In this document: positions 41,701 through 53,000 of the stretch, piece by piece | Layout of the letters: every line of letters begins with the position of its first letter | Position numbering within the stretch: the first letter of the stretch is position 1 | NCBI GenBank assembly: GCA_963704905.1 | Contig: CAVPHZ010000001.1 | Span: 707,438 to 771,437 of the forward strand | DNA length: 64,000 bases | Source: Candidatus Chisholmbacteria bacterium | Lineage (GTDB): Bacteria; Patescibacteriota; Microgenomatia; UBA1400; Chisholmbacteraceae | Direction: 5' to 3' | The notes under the pieces: model-generated | Seen by the model: the letters and a program-made list of their open reading frames with translations, nothing else | Database searches by the model: none | What the model was told of the DNA's origin: nothing | Translations under genes and position numbers: made by a program

Positions 41701-43546
41701 AGGCATCGGTGATGTTGTTGCCACCGCCGTTGGTTGTAGACACATATGTCGCCTCAATGCCATTGACATAGATGTGCGCTTCGCTTGCTGATGTCGTCCC
41801 ACCGAATGTCACGACGACGTGGTTCCACTGGCTGGTCGAGAATATGTTGTTGGCTGTTACTATTTCGAGGTTCGGATTATCGTCTGTTTCTTTGAGAAAT
41901 GCGATGGCGTTTGTTGGAATGAGCGCTAATCTCCAATATCCGGTATCTCCCGATGTATTGCGTTTTGATATGACATATCCAGTATCGCTCGTGGGTTTGA
42001 TCCATGCAGATGCTGTAAACGGACCAGAGCCATCCAGTGAGTCTGGACTCCCCATGGCAATGTTGTCATCGGTGCCGTCTACCTGACAGCCGTACCCAAA
42101 TTTTCCTGGGACGGTGCAGTCCATTCCGGTAGTGTTTGCTCCGTAGTCGGTAGTTCCGTTGTTGCTGTTACCCGATGAATCTGTCACAGTTTGACCATCT
42201 CCTGAGACGTTGTCATCCATTTTCCAATACCCAACTAGGCCGTTTGAGAGCCAGGAATTGTCAGGGCCGAAGGAGGCTGCAGCGCCTTTGTTGTAATCGA
42301 CTTTGATTTCGTCTGCCGAGCGGGCATAGGGGTAGATTTTTACCTCATCAATGAATCCATCAAACGCGCCGTCAACACTGGCGCCTCCTGCCCAATTGGC
42401 TGCGCCAACCCATAGCGGGTCGTTTGATAGAGTGGGTGCAACGTCGGCTCCACCATCAGCAGCTTCTACAGGCATTCCGTTGAGATATGCTTGCCAGCTC
42501 GATGAGGTTCCAAAAGTAAAGGTCATGGCAAAATGCATCCATTTGTTTTCAACAATCCGGTCATCGTTGATGCCCCAATCGGGGTAACCTCCACCGCTTT
42601 GTTCGTATCCGAACTTGATTTCGTTATCTCCTGATCCATCTGCATCCCAAATCCAGATTTGATAGTTGGCGTTGTCTGAGCCTGTTGTTGCGCCTTTGCC
42701 GAGCAAGATGCCCTGATCAGAATAGCCGGGTATTGTTGTGGCTTTAAACCAGAATGCGATGGTTATTTCGTCGCCACTATCAAAATCGAGTACGCTGTTT
42801 GCGCCTGGGTCGGCGACGCTGACGTAATCATCTGTCCCGTCAAACTGGAGGCACTTACCGTTTTTACACATGTCTTCAGTCTGCCAGGTAGCGCCGTTTC
42901 TGACGCCGTCGTTTTTCCCAACACCTATGTCGCAAGTGTCGTCTGTACCGTTTTCGCAGGTGTTGTCCGTGCCTTCATCGAACTTCCAGTAGGCAATTGG
43001 GCCAGGGCCGATTTCTTCACTTCCTGCACTTGGAGCACCTCCAGAGGGGGAGAGGGATGTGTAGCTTGATAGGTCTTCTGAAACGGAGCCTGCGGAAGGA
43101 TTTCCGTAGTAATGATAGAAGGCATTGCCTCCATTAATAATGGTGGGAAAGAGGACATCATAGGTTGTGGCGGCGTTATTGCAGGTGCCGGTGAGATCGA
43201 GTCTCAAGAGTAATCCGTTGATGTCGGTGAACCTGCTGTCATCACAGTCAGATTGCATTTTTCCGGCTGTGATCAAAGTTGCGGTATCAATTGTTACCTC
43301 AACCCTTCTGTCAGTGAGTGCTGCATTGTGGGTAAAGGAGTACCTTGTTCTATATGCCCAGGAGTCATCGAACCAGCCTGCTTGTGCGGGTTGAGAATGA
43401 TAGAGGGAGTAGAGAATGACGGGGAGCAATACCAAGAGCAAACCTCCCGCAACTGGAAGCAGTTTTCTTCTGTTTTTTTGGATTGCAGATTTCATTGCAG
43501 ATTTCAGAGATTTCAGATTTATGATGCTAAGTCTAAATTTCTTCAT
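38720..43546 (-). CDS. DUF2341/LamG multi-domain surface protein B (about 1600 aa), frameshifted in the 3' third
   Basis: 1130-aa first fragment with signal anchor and GKMQSDCDDSRFTD; downstream frames continue the LamG units to GAVNFGN-stop. Confidence 0.8.
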
Positions 43547-43584
43547 ACCTTTAAAGGTTGAACCCTACAAGGGTGGGTTTTCTA

Positions 43585-44265
43585 TTATTCTATTATTAAT
43601 GGGCCTAGTGCTTCTTGGCTATCGATCTCCTGTGCTTCTACAAAGGCTTTGTAGGTTTGTGTTTTCAAAAGACCTTTGAGAGTTGGGGAGGTGAAAAAGT
43701 CTAGAACGATATTTGGTTTTATCCAGGAATCTTGCCGTTTTTTTATGTAGTTTGCATACGAAGAGTACGCATTTTCAAGGCTTTTTGCGTACTCGGAAGG
43801 ATTAAGGTGTATATACCGCGAGAGGTGCAGGAGGTAGTTATCGTTTCCTACTAGCACAGCTTTGTAGATACCCTGGAAGAGTGAGCCTACTCGCTTATAT
43901 CTTTTATTAAAATACATCGAGTAGCGGGTGAGCAGTGACTGCATAAAACTCTTCATGGCCCCTTGTTCTTTTTGCTGGAGGAGGAGATGGAAGTGATTTG
44001 GCATCAGACAATAGGCGACTAATTTGATTTTTTTATGAAAGTTTTTTGGCAGGCGAGGCACACCTTTAAAGGTTGAACCCTTAAAGGTGACATTTACTGC
44101 GAATTTATTTGGATCGGGAGGTTTTGTTAGGGAGGTTTTGAGGTATTTGAGAAAGACTCTATAGTCTTGATCGTCCTCGAAAATTGTGCGCTTTTCAACA
44201 CCTCTGTTGTAGATGTGATAGTAACCGTCTTTGATGCTGATTTTTATGATGTTTTTAGCAGGCAT
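43585..44265 (-). CDS. REP-associated tyrosine transposase (RAYT-like, Y1/HUH), copy 2
   Basis: YYHIYNRGVEKRTIF, AYCLMPNHFHLL, LFQGIYK, YIHLNP, YSSY; flanked on both sides by family-2 palindromes. Confidence 0.9.
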   Translation of the reverse strand: MPAKNIIKISIKDGYYHIYNRGVEKRTIFEDDQDYRVFLKYLKTSLTKPPDPNKFAVNVTFKGSTFKGVPRLPKNFHKKIKLVAYCLMPNHFHLLLQQKEQGAMKSFMQSLLTRYSMYFNKRYKRVGSLFQGIYKAVLVGNDNYLLHLSRYIHLNPSEYAKSLENAYSSYANYIKKRQDSWIKPNIVLDFFTSPTLKGLLKTQTYKAFVEAQEIDSQEALGPLIIE

Positions 44266-44320
44266 GGCAGTGGTTGTTTGTTTTCATAATCTTACCCTTT
44301 AAAGGTTGAACCCTGCAAGG

Positions 44321-47300
44321 TTAGGGGCCGAAATAGACGGCGCCGTTGTTGTAGGCTTTTTTGACTTGGTCGGGTGAGAGCGGGTAGCTGTAGAACTTGA
44401 CTTGGTCTATCTGGCCGTCGAAAGGATTGCCGCCATCGGACTCGGAACCGATGCGGAAGTCGAGGGCATTGTCGGGGTTGCTGCCACCTCCTTGTCCAAT
44501 GGTGCCAGGAATTCCGTCTATATATATCCTCACTAATTCATTTCCACCACTTCCGTCGAACTCATAGGTGACGACGATATGGTGCCAGTTGCTGTCTGTG
44601 ATTGTGGACGGACCCTGTCCGATTACAGCTCCACTTCCATTGCCGGCTGTAAACTGCACTAAGTCACCCGGGTGAATGTATAGTGCATACCCATCTGTTG
44701 TAGAGACGGAAATATCGTTGTCCTTAGCTACTATGACATCAAAGGTATTGTAGGTGTCTCTGCTCACCCAGGCTTCGATGGAGAAGCTTTCTCCTTCTGC
44801 GATATCCAGTTCGTCCGGGTCGTTCATGTCGACATAATCGTTGGTGCCGTCGAAGTCGAGCGAGGCATTGCGTTTTCCTACGGTGCCGTTGTCCCACATT
44901 TCGTCTCCTGCGCCTGAAGAACAGGTTCCGACGGAGTCATTGGAACCACTAGTGTCACCGGGTACGATAGTTCCGTTGTTGCCGAAATTGCTGTCATCAT
45001 AGACGGTGGTTCCCTGGCATTCGTCCAGCTTCCATTGGCCGATGGGAGCGCCTCGGTTATATAGCCAGGCGGCTTGGGCAGTGGTCACAGCAAAGTCGTA
45101 GACAGTGACCCCATCGATTATGCCCGTTGAACTCATCCGTGGTATTGTGGGCTGCGCCAACCTGGAAGTTATTGGAATTTGAGGGCGAGTTGACATTTAC
45201 CAGGATTCCGCTATTCCCTTCTTCGTCCGCCTGTCCGTCAATATAGATGGTGGTTAGCGTGTCGCTGTTGTCATCCCAGACGGCGACGACGTGATGCCAG
45301 CCGCTGTTGGCGGAGAACGTCGTGTTGCTGTGGGTGATGTACTGGTCTGTTCCGTCGTCAACCTCAAAGCGGATGTCATCGCTACCCGAACCTTCGAAGT
45401 AGAGATTGTAATGGGCTCCGGCACCTCCAGGTCCGGCACCTTTGCCGACGATTACCTGGTCAGAGGTGACGTCGCTGCCGATATTAAACCAAGCAGAGAT
45501 GGTGAAATCCTGACTGTCGCCAAAATCAATTTCGTTACTGCAGTCGACTTCCTGAGCTCCAGAATACTTCAACGCTTTCCCTCCCAGTCCGTTTGAGTTG
45601 CGAGGGCCTTCTGCAACGTTCACTCTAGTGGGATCCTGGGATTCCGAACCTGAGGTGGTTCCCAGGTAGCATTCCATGCTTGCATCTTCTGAGTGGGCAA
45701 AAACATTTTGGCCATCGGGGTCTTCAAAGTAGAGCTCAATGAGCGGGTCGCTTAAGCTATTTCCTTCTTCATCATGGTCAGCGACATTGCCAAATGAAGC
45801 AGAGGAGGCGAAGTTATAATCGGCTATGATCTGGGAGCGGGTCAGGGTGGAGCCGTAGACTTTCATTTCATCAAGCATGCCTCCGTTGAAATCAGCAATA
45901 TTTCCAGAGTTTACGAAGAAGGTTGTATCCTCACCGTTGTTCGCCGATCCGATATCGCCTATGGTTCCCGAGTGTGACTCGTTGTCATCGTTGCCGTCGA
46001 TATAGATTTTGCTGTTGCCTCCACTACCGCCTGAGTCCTGGTCCCAGATGATAGCAAAATAGTGCCAGCCGGAAGCGGTGAAGGTGGTGGTGCTGGCCAT
46101 TTCATACTCATCGGTACCGTCGTCAATTTCAAATACCAGTTTGTCACTAGTTCCGTCGATGTAAATACTCCAACCGGCTGATGTCCGGTCAGCCCGTTTT
46201 GAAAATAAGGCATGGTCAGAATTAAAATCTGCCGTGCGGTTAAACCAGCCGGTAAAGGTGCGGTCGTCCGTGTCATTGATATCAAAGAGCTCAACGTCGG
46301 TAGCTGCCCCCCCTACGTCGGCTGAGCATGAGGTCCCGTTGCACAATGATGTACCGTTTACTTTCCCTGCAAACCTCCACAGCTGGTCGGCACCGCCAGC
46401 TACAGCGATAACTGCATCGTTTTGATTTACAGATTGGTCACATATGTCGCTGGTGCCATCGGTGCAGGTGTTGTTGCGCATCTCATCGAACTTCCAGTAG
46501 CCGATCGGTGAACCGATGGGAGAGCCGGGGGCGGGGTGGCCGGCATTCATGTCTTCAACTATTTGTTCATCGGTGCGAGCATAGTCGTAAACTGTGGATC
46601 GTCGATCACACCGTTGAAGAATTGCTCACTGCCAGCGCGAGTTCGTGCACCTATTCGGATATCAACATCGCTAGCGTCTTGTATTACCAACGGACCGGAC
46701 GTGCTTATATTGAGTGTTGAATCAAGCCATAGTTTTGTTTCTGATCCTGCAGTTAGACGACGTGATATAAAGTGCCATTGTCCTGGGGTAATCGTTCCAA
46801 TGCTTGGGTCGCCACTCGGCTTGAACTCGTATAGACTCCAAATTCTACAGCTCCACTGGAACTTAATTGGCAATAGTACAACCTTTGGGACGTTCCACTA
46901 TCTTGTGCAATAATGATTTGTCTAACTGCTGCTGAGTTGGACTTTATCCATGCTGTTATCAGTCATGCTATTCCCTTCTAAATGGTCGTTGGTGCCTGTG
47001 GTCAAGTCGTCATCTCTTTCGTCAAAATCAAGTGCACCGCCAAATCTTCCAGGAACCCAATCTGATTCTGTCATACTAGCATCCGGAGGGTACCTTACTG
47101 CTTTGAGAGAGCGATCGTAGGCGGTGGTGCCAGTATTTTCGTCAATTGGCCAATAAGCGATACGGTCCCGGCGCCCAGTTGTAGAGGGCTTGTACCTGTT
47201 TTGGGGAAAGCGCGTGTTTATAGACACGCAGGTCATCAATGTGGCCATCATAGTAGTTGGCTGGTGTTCCTGAAGAGTCCTCGGCTCCTACGACTAACTC

Positions 47301-49606
47301 TCCCGCATCATTTCCAATAGACGAGGGAATAGTGCCTGTGGTAGAGCTGGCTTGAAGCTCTCCATTGACAAAGAGCTTGACCGTTTGAGATGACGCATCA
47401 TAGACTCCGACCACATGTTGGAGGGTATTGGCTGAGAGCGGTGTTCCAGTTGTGGCTTCATAGTTTGCGGCAGCATCTATATACATTCGTAGATTGGCCC
47501 CTTCCATTGCAAGCAGATAACTTTCATTGGCACCATCCCATTTGCCAATGATATCCTGACTCCCGGTTGTATCATCAGGGTTTATCCAAGCTGAGAGTGT
47601 GAGACTTCCGGTTACTGAGAGATAGGCATTATCCACCACATCAAAGTACTGTGATGATCCATTGTGCTCAGACCCGTTGCCAAACTTTGCACCGGTGAAG
47701 GTAGTGGTCCCGGTATTGGTCAGTGTTGTTCCATTTCCACTCAGATCTGTTGCATTTCCACTTAATTCATCCATCTTCCAGTAGCCGATGAGGCCGTCGG
47801 AGAGCCAGGAATTGTCGGGGCCGAAGGCGGCCGCATAGCTCTGATTGTAGTCTGATTTAATTTCAGCTTCAGAACGAGCGTAGCGGTAGACTTTGATTTC
47901 ATCCAAAAACCCTTCCCATTGGCCACCTGCGCCATCACCATCCAGACCAATGTAGAAATCGTCGCTGTTTTCGAGCGTACCGGTGGCAGCGATGGACGTA
48001 TCTGAAGCGACCTCTACGCCGTCGATATACAGGTTGATTGAGGTGGTGCCGTTTTTTACTGCGGAAAAGTGATGCCATTTGCTATCGGCATAATTGGCAG
48101 TGCTGGTCGCGATGTCGGAATTCGAGCCATTGTCGATAGTAAATGATATATAGCCTAAATTTTCCATTCTCACTTCATAACCGATGCCAGTATTTCTCTT
48201 CGTGATGATGTTGTCGGCTCCGGCAGGCGTACTTGTGTGGCGGAACCAGCCTGAGAGGGTAAAGTCCGTATTCGCATCAAAGTCAAGCTGATCGTCGTCG
48301 GTCCTGGTTAAGTATTGCTGGGTGGGGATGTCAAACTCGAAGCGCAAACACTTTCCTGAGATACACTCATCTTCAGTACGCCAGGTGGCATTGGTTTTTG
48401 AAAGGTCGATACCGTGGCCGGTTGCGTCGCAAGCGTCGTTGGTTCCGCCAGAGCAGGTGTTGTCCACGCCTTCGTCGAACTTCCAGTAGGCGACGGGGCC
48501 TGGGCTTGCTTCCTCAGCTTCATAGGAACCATAGGCCGGAACTGTCGGGGTGGTGGTTGCCAGTTTTCTGGTAAAGACGTGGTCGACGGAGAAAGTGTTG
48601 GTTATATCAGTAGTTTCTAGTCTGACATATTGTGCAGAGTTTGGATACTGTGTTGAGTGTGTGGCGCTTGTGCCATCAACGCTCAACACTGCATTGCTTG
48701 CACCTATGGTGATGTCGTACTGATGATAGGAGGTGTCTTCGGCGACCGCTGCTGTTGAGGATTGGGTTGTTCCTCCGTTGGCTGTCTCTGTTTCATGGTT
48801 CCCGCCGGTAGTAGCATCGAAGAACATGGCGGCTGAGTCGTCAGTTGTGTAGCTCGTAGTGATGGTGGCGGTGTTACTGAACCCAAGCCTTCCGAGTGCG
48901 GCGGTGTTATTTTGGCTGGCTCGCATAGTGACAACCTCAACGTCGTTATCTCCTGGGCTGGCATCACCAAATGTGTCGGCTGAGGCAATGCCTTCCAGGT
49001 CGGTGGCGTCGTCGGTAGCAAGAGGGAGAGGTTCCCAGACCCAACAGAAGGAGCATCTTCTTGATAAGCCCATTTAAATGCGTTTGGAGTTGATCCAACT
49101 GAGAAGGCATCGAAGAATTCAAATGTTTTTTCGCCGCTGCTGTAGGCATCCGCTGACGGATTGCCATAGTACATATAAATAGTAGTGTCCTCATCAATGG
49201 ATGGAACTTTTACCCAAATATCATAGTCGCTGGCTGAGCAATCGATGGTGTCGGCGGAGTTATTTTCATCTTCAATCCAGTAATCGAGAAGTTTGCCGCC
49301 TGTATCGGTGAAGCGGAGGTCGTCGCAGTCTGCTTGGAGTTTTCCGGCAGTATTTAAACCGTCGACATCGACCTCATCTAGTTCAACCTGAAAATCAGTG
49401 AGAGTTGTGGAGCCGGTGTAGGTGATAATAATGGCTTTTCTGTGTGACCAAGAATCGTTGTACCATGCAGCTGAGGCGCTATCAGAGTGATATAAACTAT
49501 ATAGTACTACTGGGATTAATATCAATAGAAGACCGAGGGATATCGGAAACAAACGTCTCCTCAAATTTTCAATTTTCAATTTTCGAATTTTCAGTGAATG
49601 GTTCAT
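44321..49606 (-). CDS. DUF2341/LamG multi-domain surface protein A (about 1750 aa), split by several frameshifts
   Basis: Signal anchor, GKLQADCDDLRFTD...IWVKVP...IYMYYGN (DUF2341), LamG units, ends GAVYFGP-stop. Confidence 0.8.
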
Positions 49607-49662
49607 AATTTTCGAATTATCAATTATCAATTTTCAAACAATTATTCAATCTTCTAATTTTC
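49560..49662. repeat. Short about 7-nt tandem repeats (CAATTTT variants) flanking the four-helix-bundle gene
   Basis: AATTTTCAATTTTCAATTTTCGAATTTTCA... downstream of the gene; complementary ATTGA-type units at 50034-50068 upstream. Confidence 0.7.
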
Positions 49663-50035
49663 AATCTTTATATTTTCTACTTGATTGGATAATCTTGCTA
49701 AAAATCAATAGAAGTTCCTGTCCTTCCTTCCAGAGTTTTTTAATTGTTTCCTTTTTACCTGGATTTGTTTTAGCAAGTAACCGCAGCCAGTGTTTTGTTT
49801 CTTTTATTTCCTTTTTGCAGATTGCAATTTTATGTACGAAATCTCTTTTACTTTCGGCTTCAGTGGCTTCTGCATAATTGGCACCGATAGATCCTCCTGA
49901 TCCGACAAGTTGTTCAATAATCCTTCTATTCAGAGGAGAGATACTTATTGTCTTAAGAGCGTCAATGATCTCCTCTGCGTATATTGCTGTTCGTTCCTCT
50001 AGATCGTATCGTGTTTTTTTTACTGCTTGAGTCAT
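49661..50035 (-). CDS. Four-helix-bundle protein (23S rRNA IVP-like family)
   Basis: YDLEERT, QLVGSGGSIGANYAEA.EAESKRDFVHKIAICKKEIKETKHWLRLL. Confidence 0.9.
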   Translation of the reverse strand: MTQAVKKTRYDLEERTAIYAEEIIDALKTISISPLNRRIIEQLVGSGGSIGANYAEATEAESKRDFVHKIAICKKEIKETKHWLRLLAKTNPGKKETIKKLWKEGQELLLIFSKIIQSSRKYKD

Positions 50036-50069
50036 TGAAATTTGATTGATAATTGACCATTGAACATTG

Positions 50070-53000
50070 TTAATTTTGCGACGCTGTTGCCACTACATCA
50101 ATAATCCACCAGTTGAATTTGAGGTCGGCGGTGGCTGGGACCGGGGTTTCGACCCAGAATCCCTGACCTTCGTCGATGAGCGTGACTCCCAGCACTACCT
50201 GGGTCAGGCCGGCTGGGGTGATAAAGATTTTTGAGTTTTTGGTTACCGCTGATGTCTGCACATAGATGCTGCGCTGGTTGGCCGGAAGGGTGGCGCTACC
50301 AATGGAAGGAGCCTGGACCGTCGGTTGGGCTGGCGGTTGCTGTGGCTGACTGCTACCCGTGGCTTCGGTAGTTACGGCCAGGACAGCGGACTGGGTGGCG
50401 ATGGTGAGCTTGCCGGCAACCAGGTCACCAAATCCGGCTTTGGGTGCAGTGACTTCTTTGGCGGTTATTCTGCCTTCAATACTGATATCTCCCTGCGGGG
50501 TCAGGACGATTTTGCCGTTGAAGGCATCGATGTTCCCAGCTAGCGGGAGACTTTGGAGTTTGAGGTCCTGTGCTAGGGCATTGATGCTGGTATCGATATC
50601 ATCGATCTGGAGGAAACCGACGTTTAAGGTACCGAGAATGGTCGTGTCTTCAAGCACGGCTTTTCCGAGCAGTCTGAGGTCATGATCGATCTGCAATTCA
50701 TCTCCGACTAATGCAATGCCGTCGATGTTGAGGTCTCCACCCGTTGGTGTGCCTGAGCTGGTGGCTGGCTGGGCCAGATCGAGGAACTGTTCGAAGAGCA
50801 CCAGGTTGGCTTCCAAATCTGCAATTCTTTGGTCATGTTCTGAGAGCTGACCGCTTTGGGTGGCGACTTCCGTTTGAAGTTCATCAGTAGTGGTTGCGAG
50901 ACCAGCGATATCGCTAGAATGTGTTTCGAGAATGTCTTCAATTGTCTGGATTTCATCAGTCTGATCAGTTGATTGCTGGGCGAGATTGTCGAGATCCTGC
51001 AATGCCTGGTCAAGGTTCAGTTCAATTTGTTCCTGCTGAGCGCTGATATCGCCAAAGGTGTTTATGGCGAACAAGACATCTGATTCGTGCCAGCCAGGAT
51101 TAATGAAGAGCATGATTTGGTCAATACCGCTTCCGGCAGTCCAGGATTCCATGGCTTGTCCGATGACGTGGCCGGAATCTATGGCTTTAGTCGCTTGGCC
51201 ATTTTCTGAGGATGTTAGGAAGTCACCAGCGAGGATGGATGGTGAGTCTGGGTCAACATGGACCGGTACTCGTCCGGCAAGGGCAACGAGGTAGGAGTTT
51301 TCTTCTCCGCCATCACCAAGAATAAGCCCTGGCTGGGTTGAAATGATGCCGATGACGGTTGGGTCGTATGGCTCTCGTGCTTTGTGGATTCGAACGGTTT
51401 CGTTTGGATCGATTTTAACAACATCTCCTTCTTCGAGTTCTTCGGTTGAAACGAAGTACTCAGCAAGGTCGAAGCCTGAACCGGTGTTATGGTTGTCGCT
51501 GTCGTCCATGAAGCTGATGAGGTTCCAGGTCGAGCTGTTTAAGGCGAAGGTGATGACGTCTCCATCTGCCAAGGTGATGTCGGTTGAGCCGCAGTTGATG
51601 CTGGTGGTTGGCGTGCCGTCGCACTCGATGGTGGAGTTGGCGTCATTGACCTCGACGATGATGATCTGTCCGTCGGTGCCGTCGGTGAAGTTGGTGTAGG
51701 CGGTGCCGGAGGTGTTGGCGGTTATCCAGTGGGAGCCTGCTGACACGTCCGGAGTCGCGCTATCTGCCGTGAGCGTTTGCTGAGCATCAAGTGAAAAGCC
51801 GCCTTGGACGATTGCTGTTCCTTCTGCCGAGAGATCAAAGACAATGTCGCCGGAGTTGTAGGTCTTTAAGGTTAGGTTGTTGCTTTCTGAAGCTTCGCCG
51901 ACGTCAATGGTGAAGGGTGCGTCGGTTTTGATGTTTGAACTGGTCTGATTGGTAAAGACCAAATCATAAGCCATGGAAACATCCCCGCTGGCGGTGAAGG
52001 CGTGGGGGACGGCTGAGGTGATGCCGGTTTGGCTAACAGTGAATACGTCTGATCCATTGTTATAGACGGCGAACAGGTTTCCGGTGACGGTGGCATTGCC
52101 GTTGACATCGATGACGAACAAGTCTGCATCGGTGGTGTCTGCTGATCCCGGATTCCAAGCAAACCGTCCCAAGGCTCCATTGAGTGACCCGTCTGCGAGT
52201 CCTGTAGAAGTGCTTTCGACATACATGGCATTCCCGGTTGTAAGGGCATCTACGGAAAGTTGAATCCCTTGGGCTGTTGTTAAGGCATCGGCTTGGATAT
52301 CGAGGACATCGGCGTCAATCTGGGCAGCGGTGATTTGCATAGCGATTTGGTCAGTATCGTCGGTATCAAGGAGGAAGCCTGTTACTGCGTCTGTTGAGCC
52401 AACGTCGACTTCAAAAAGTGCAGTTGTTGAGGTATTCCCAACGACCACGCCACCGTCCCCCTCGATTCTCATGCGCTCGTTCGTAGTGGCCTCCCCACCC
52501 GTAAAGAGACGGATATCGTCACCAGAACCTGCTGCAATGAGCGATAAGCCGTTGAGATTGGCGGAAGAACTGACATACCCTCGGTTCCCGTAGACGTTTG
52601 CCGTAGTAGTTGATCCTCCGACGCCGAAGCTTGCGATGTTATTTCCACCCCCATCGTTCATGGCTTGGAGGTTTGCAAAACCATTTGCGTGGGTGTTTTC
52701 TACTAAGGTTCCGATTGCTCCACCGTCGAGACTATCCCCGATATGCAGATAGGAGAGCGGAGTTGATTCATTTGTGGCTTCTGATCCGAGCTGGAAAGCT
52801 CCATATCCCGCACTAGCCTGTTTCAATGCAAATTGAAGTACGGAGCCGTTGGTATCATACCCCCTTAACCAATATGCGTTTTCGTCAGAATTGTCAGTGA
52901 ACTCGAGGTCGAGAAGGGAAGTGTTTCCGGCAAGGTCAGCGTCCGAATTATCAATCTTCATGACCGTTCCGGTGTCGAGTGTGCTTGCCAGAAAAACGTT

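Larger units (their letters stand above)
32001..44320. repeat. REP-like family 2: five dispersed copies of the 25-bp imperfect palindrome CCTTTAAAGGTTGAACCCTNMAAGG
   Basis: Copies at 32001-32025 (inverted), 38638-38662, 43548-43572, 44063-44087 (inside RAYT2) and 44296-44320. Confidence 0.9.

Noticed and set aside
31063-44265. IS200/IS605 insertion sequences
   Set aside because: The proteins are about 227 aa with RAYT-type NRG/MPNH/YIHLNP/SSY motifs, have no tnpB partner, and carry multiple REP-like copies rather than two ends.
31045-44320. CRISPR array from the 21-bp and 25-bp palindromes
   Set aside because: Spacing is irregular (51 bp to 6.6 kb), some copies are intragenic or inverted, and no cas genes are present.
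32030-49606. Stop-codon recoding (code 25) or programmed frameshifting explaining the broken LamG genes
   Set aside because: Breaks are frame changes rather than in-frame TGA, TGA terminates normal genes here, and no shared slippery motif was seen at the break points.
49661-50035. Diversity-generating retroelement (four-helix-bundle gene as Avd, next to adhesins)
   Set aside because: No reverse transcriptase in the window and no TR/VR pair with adenine-specific mismatches seen; the protein has IVP-type motifs.
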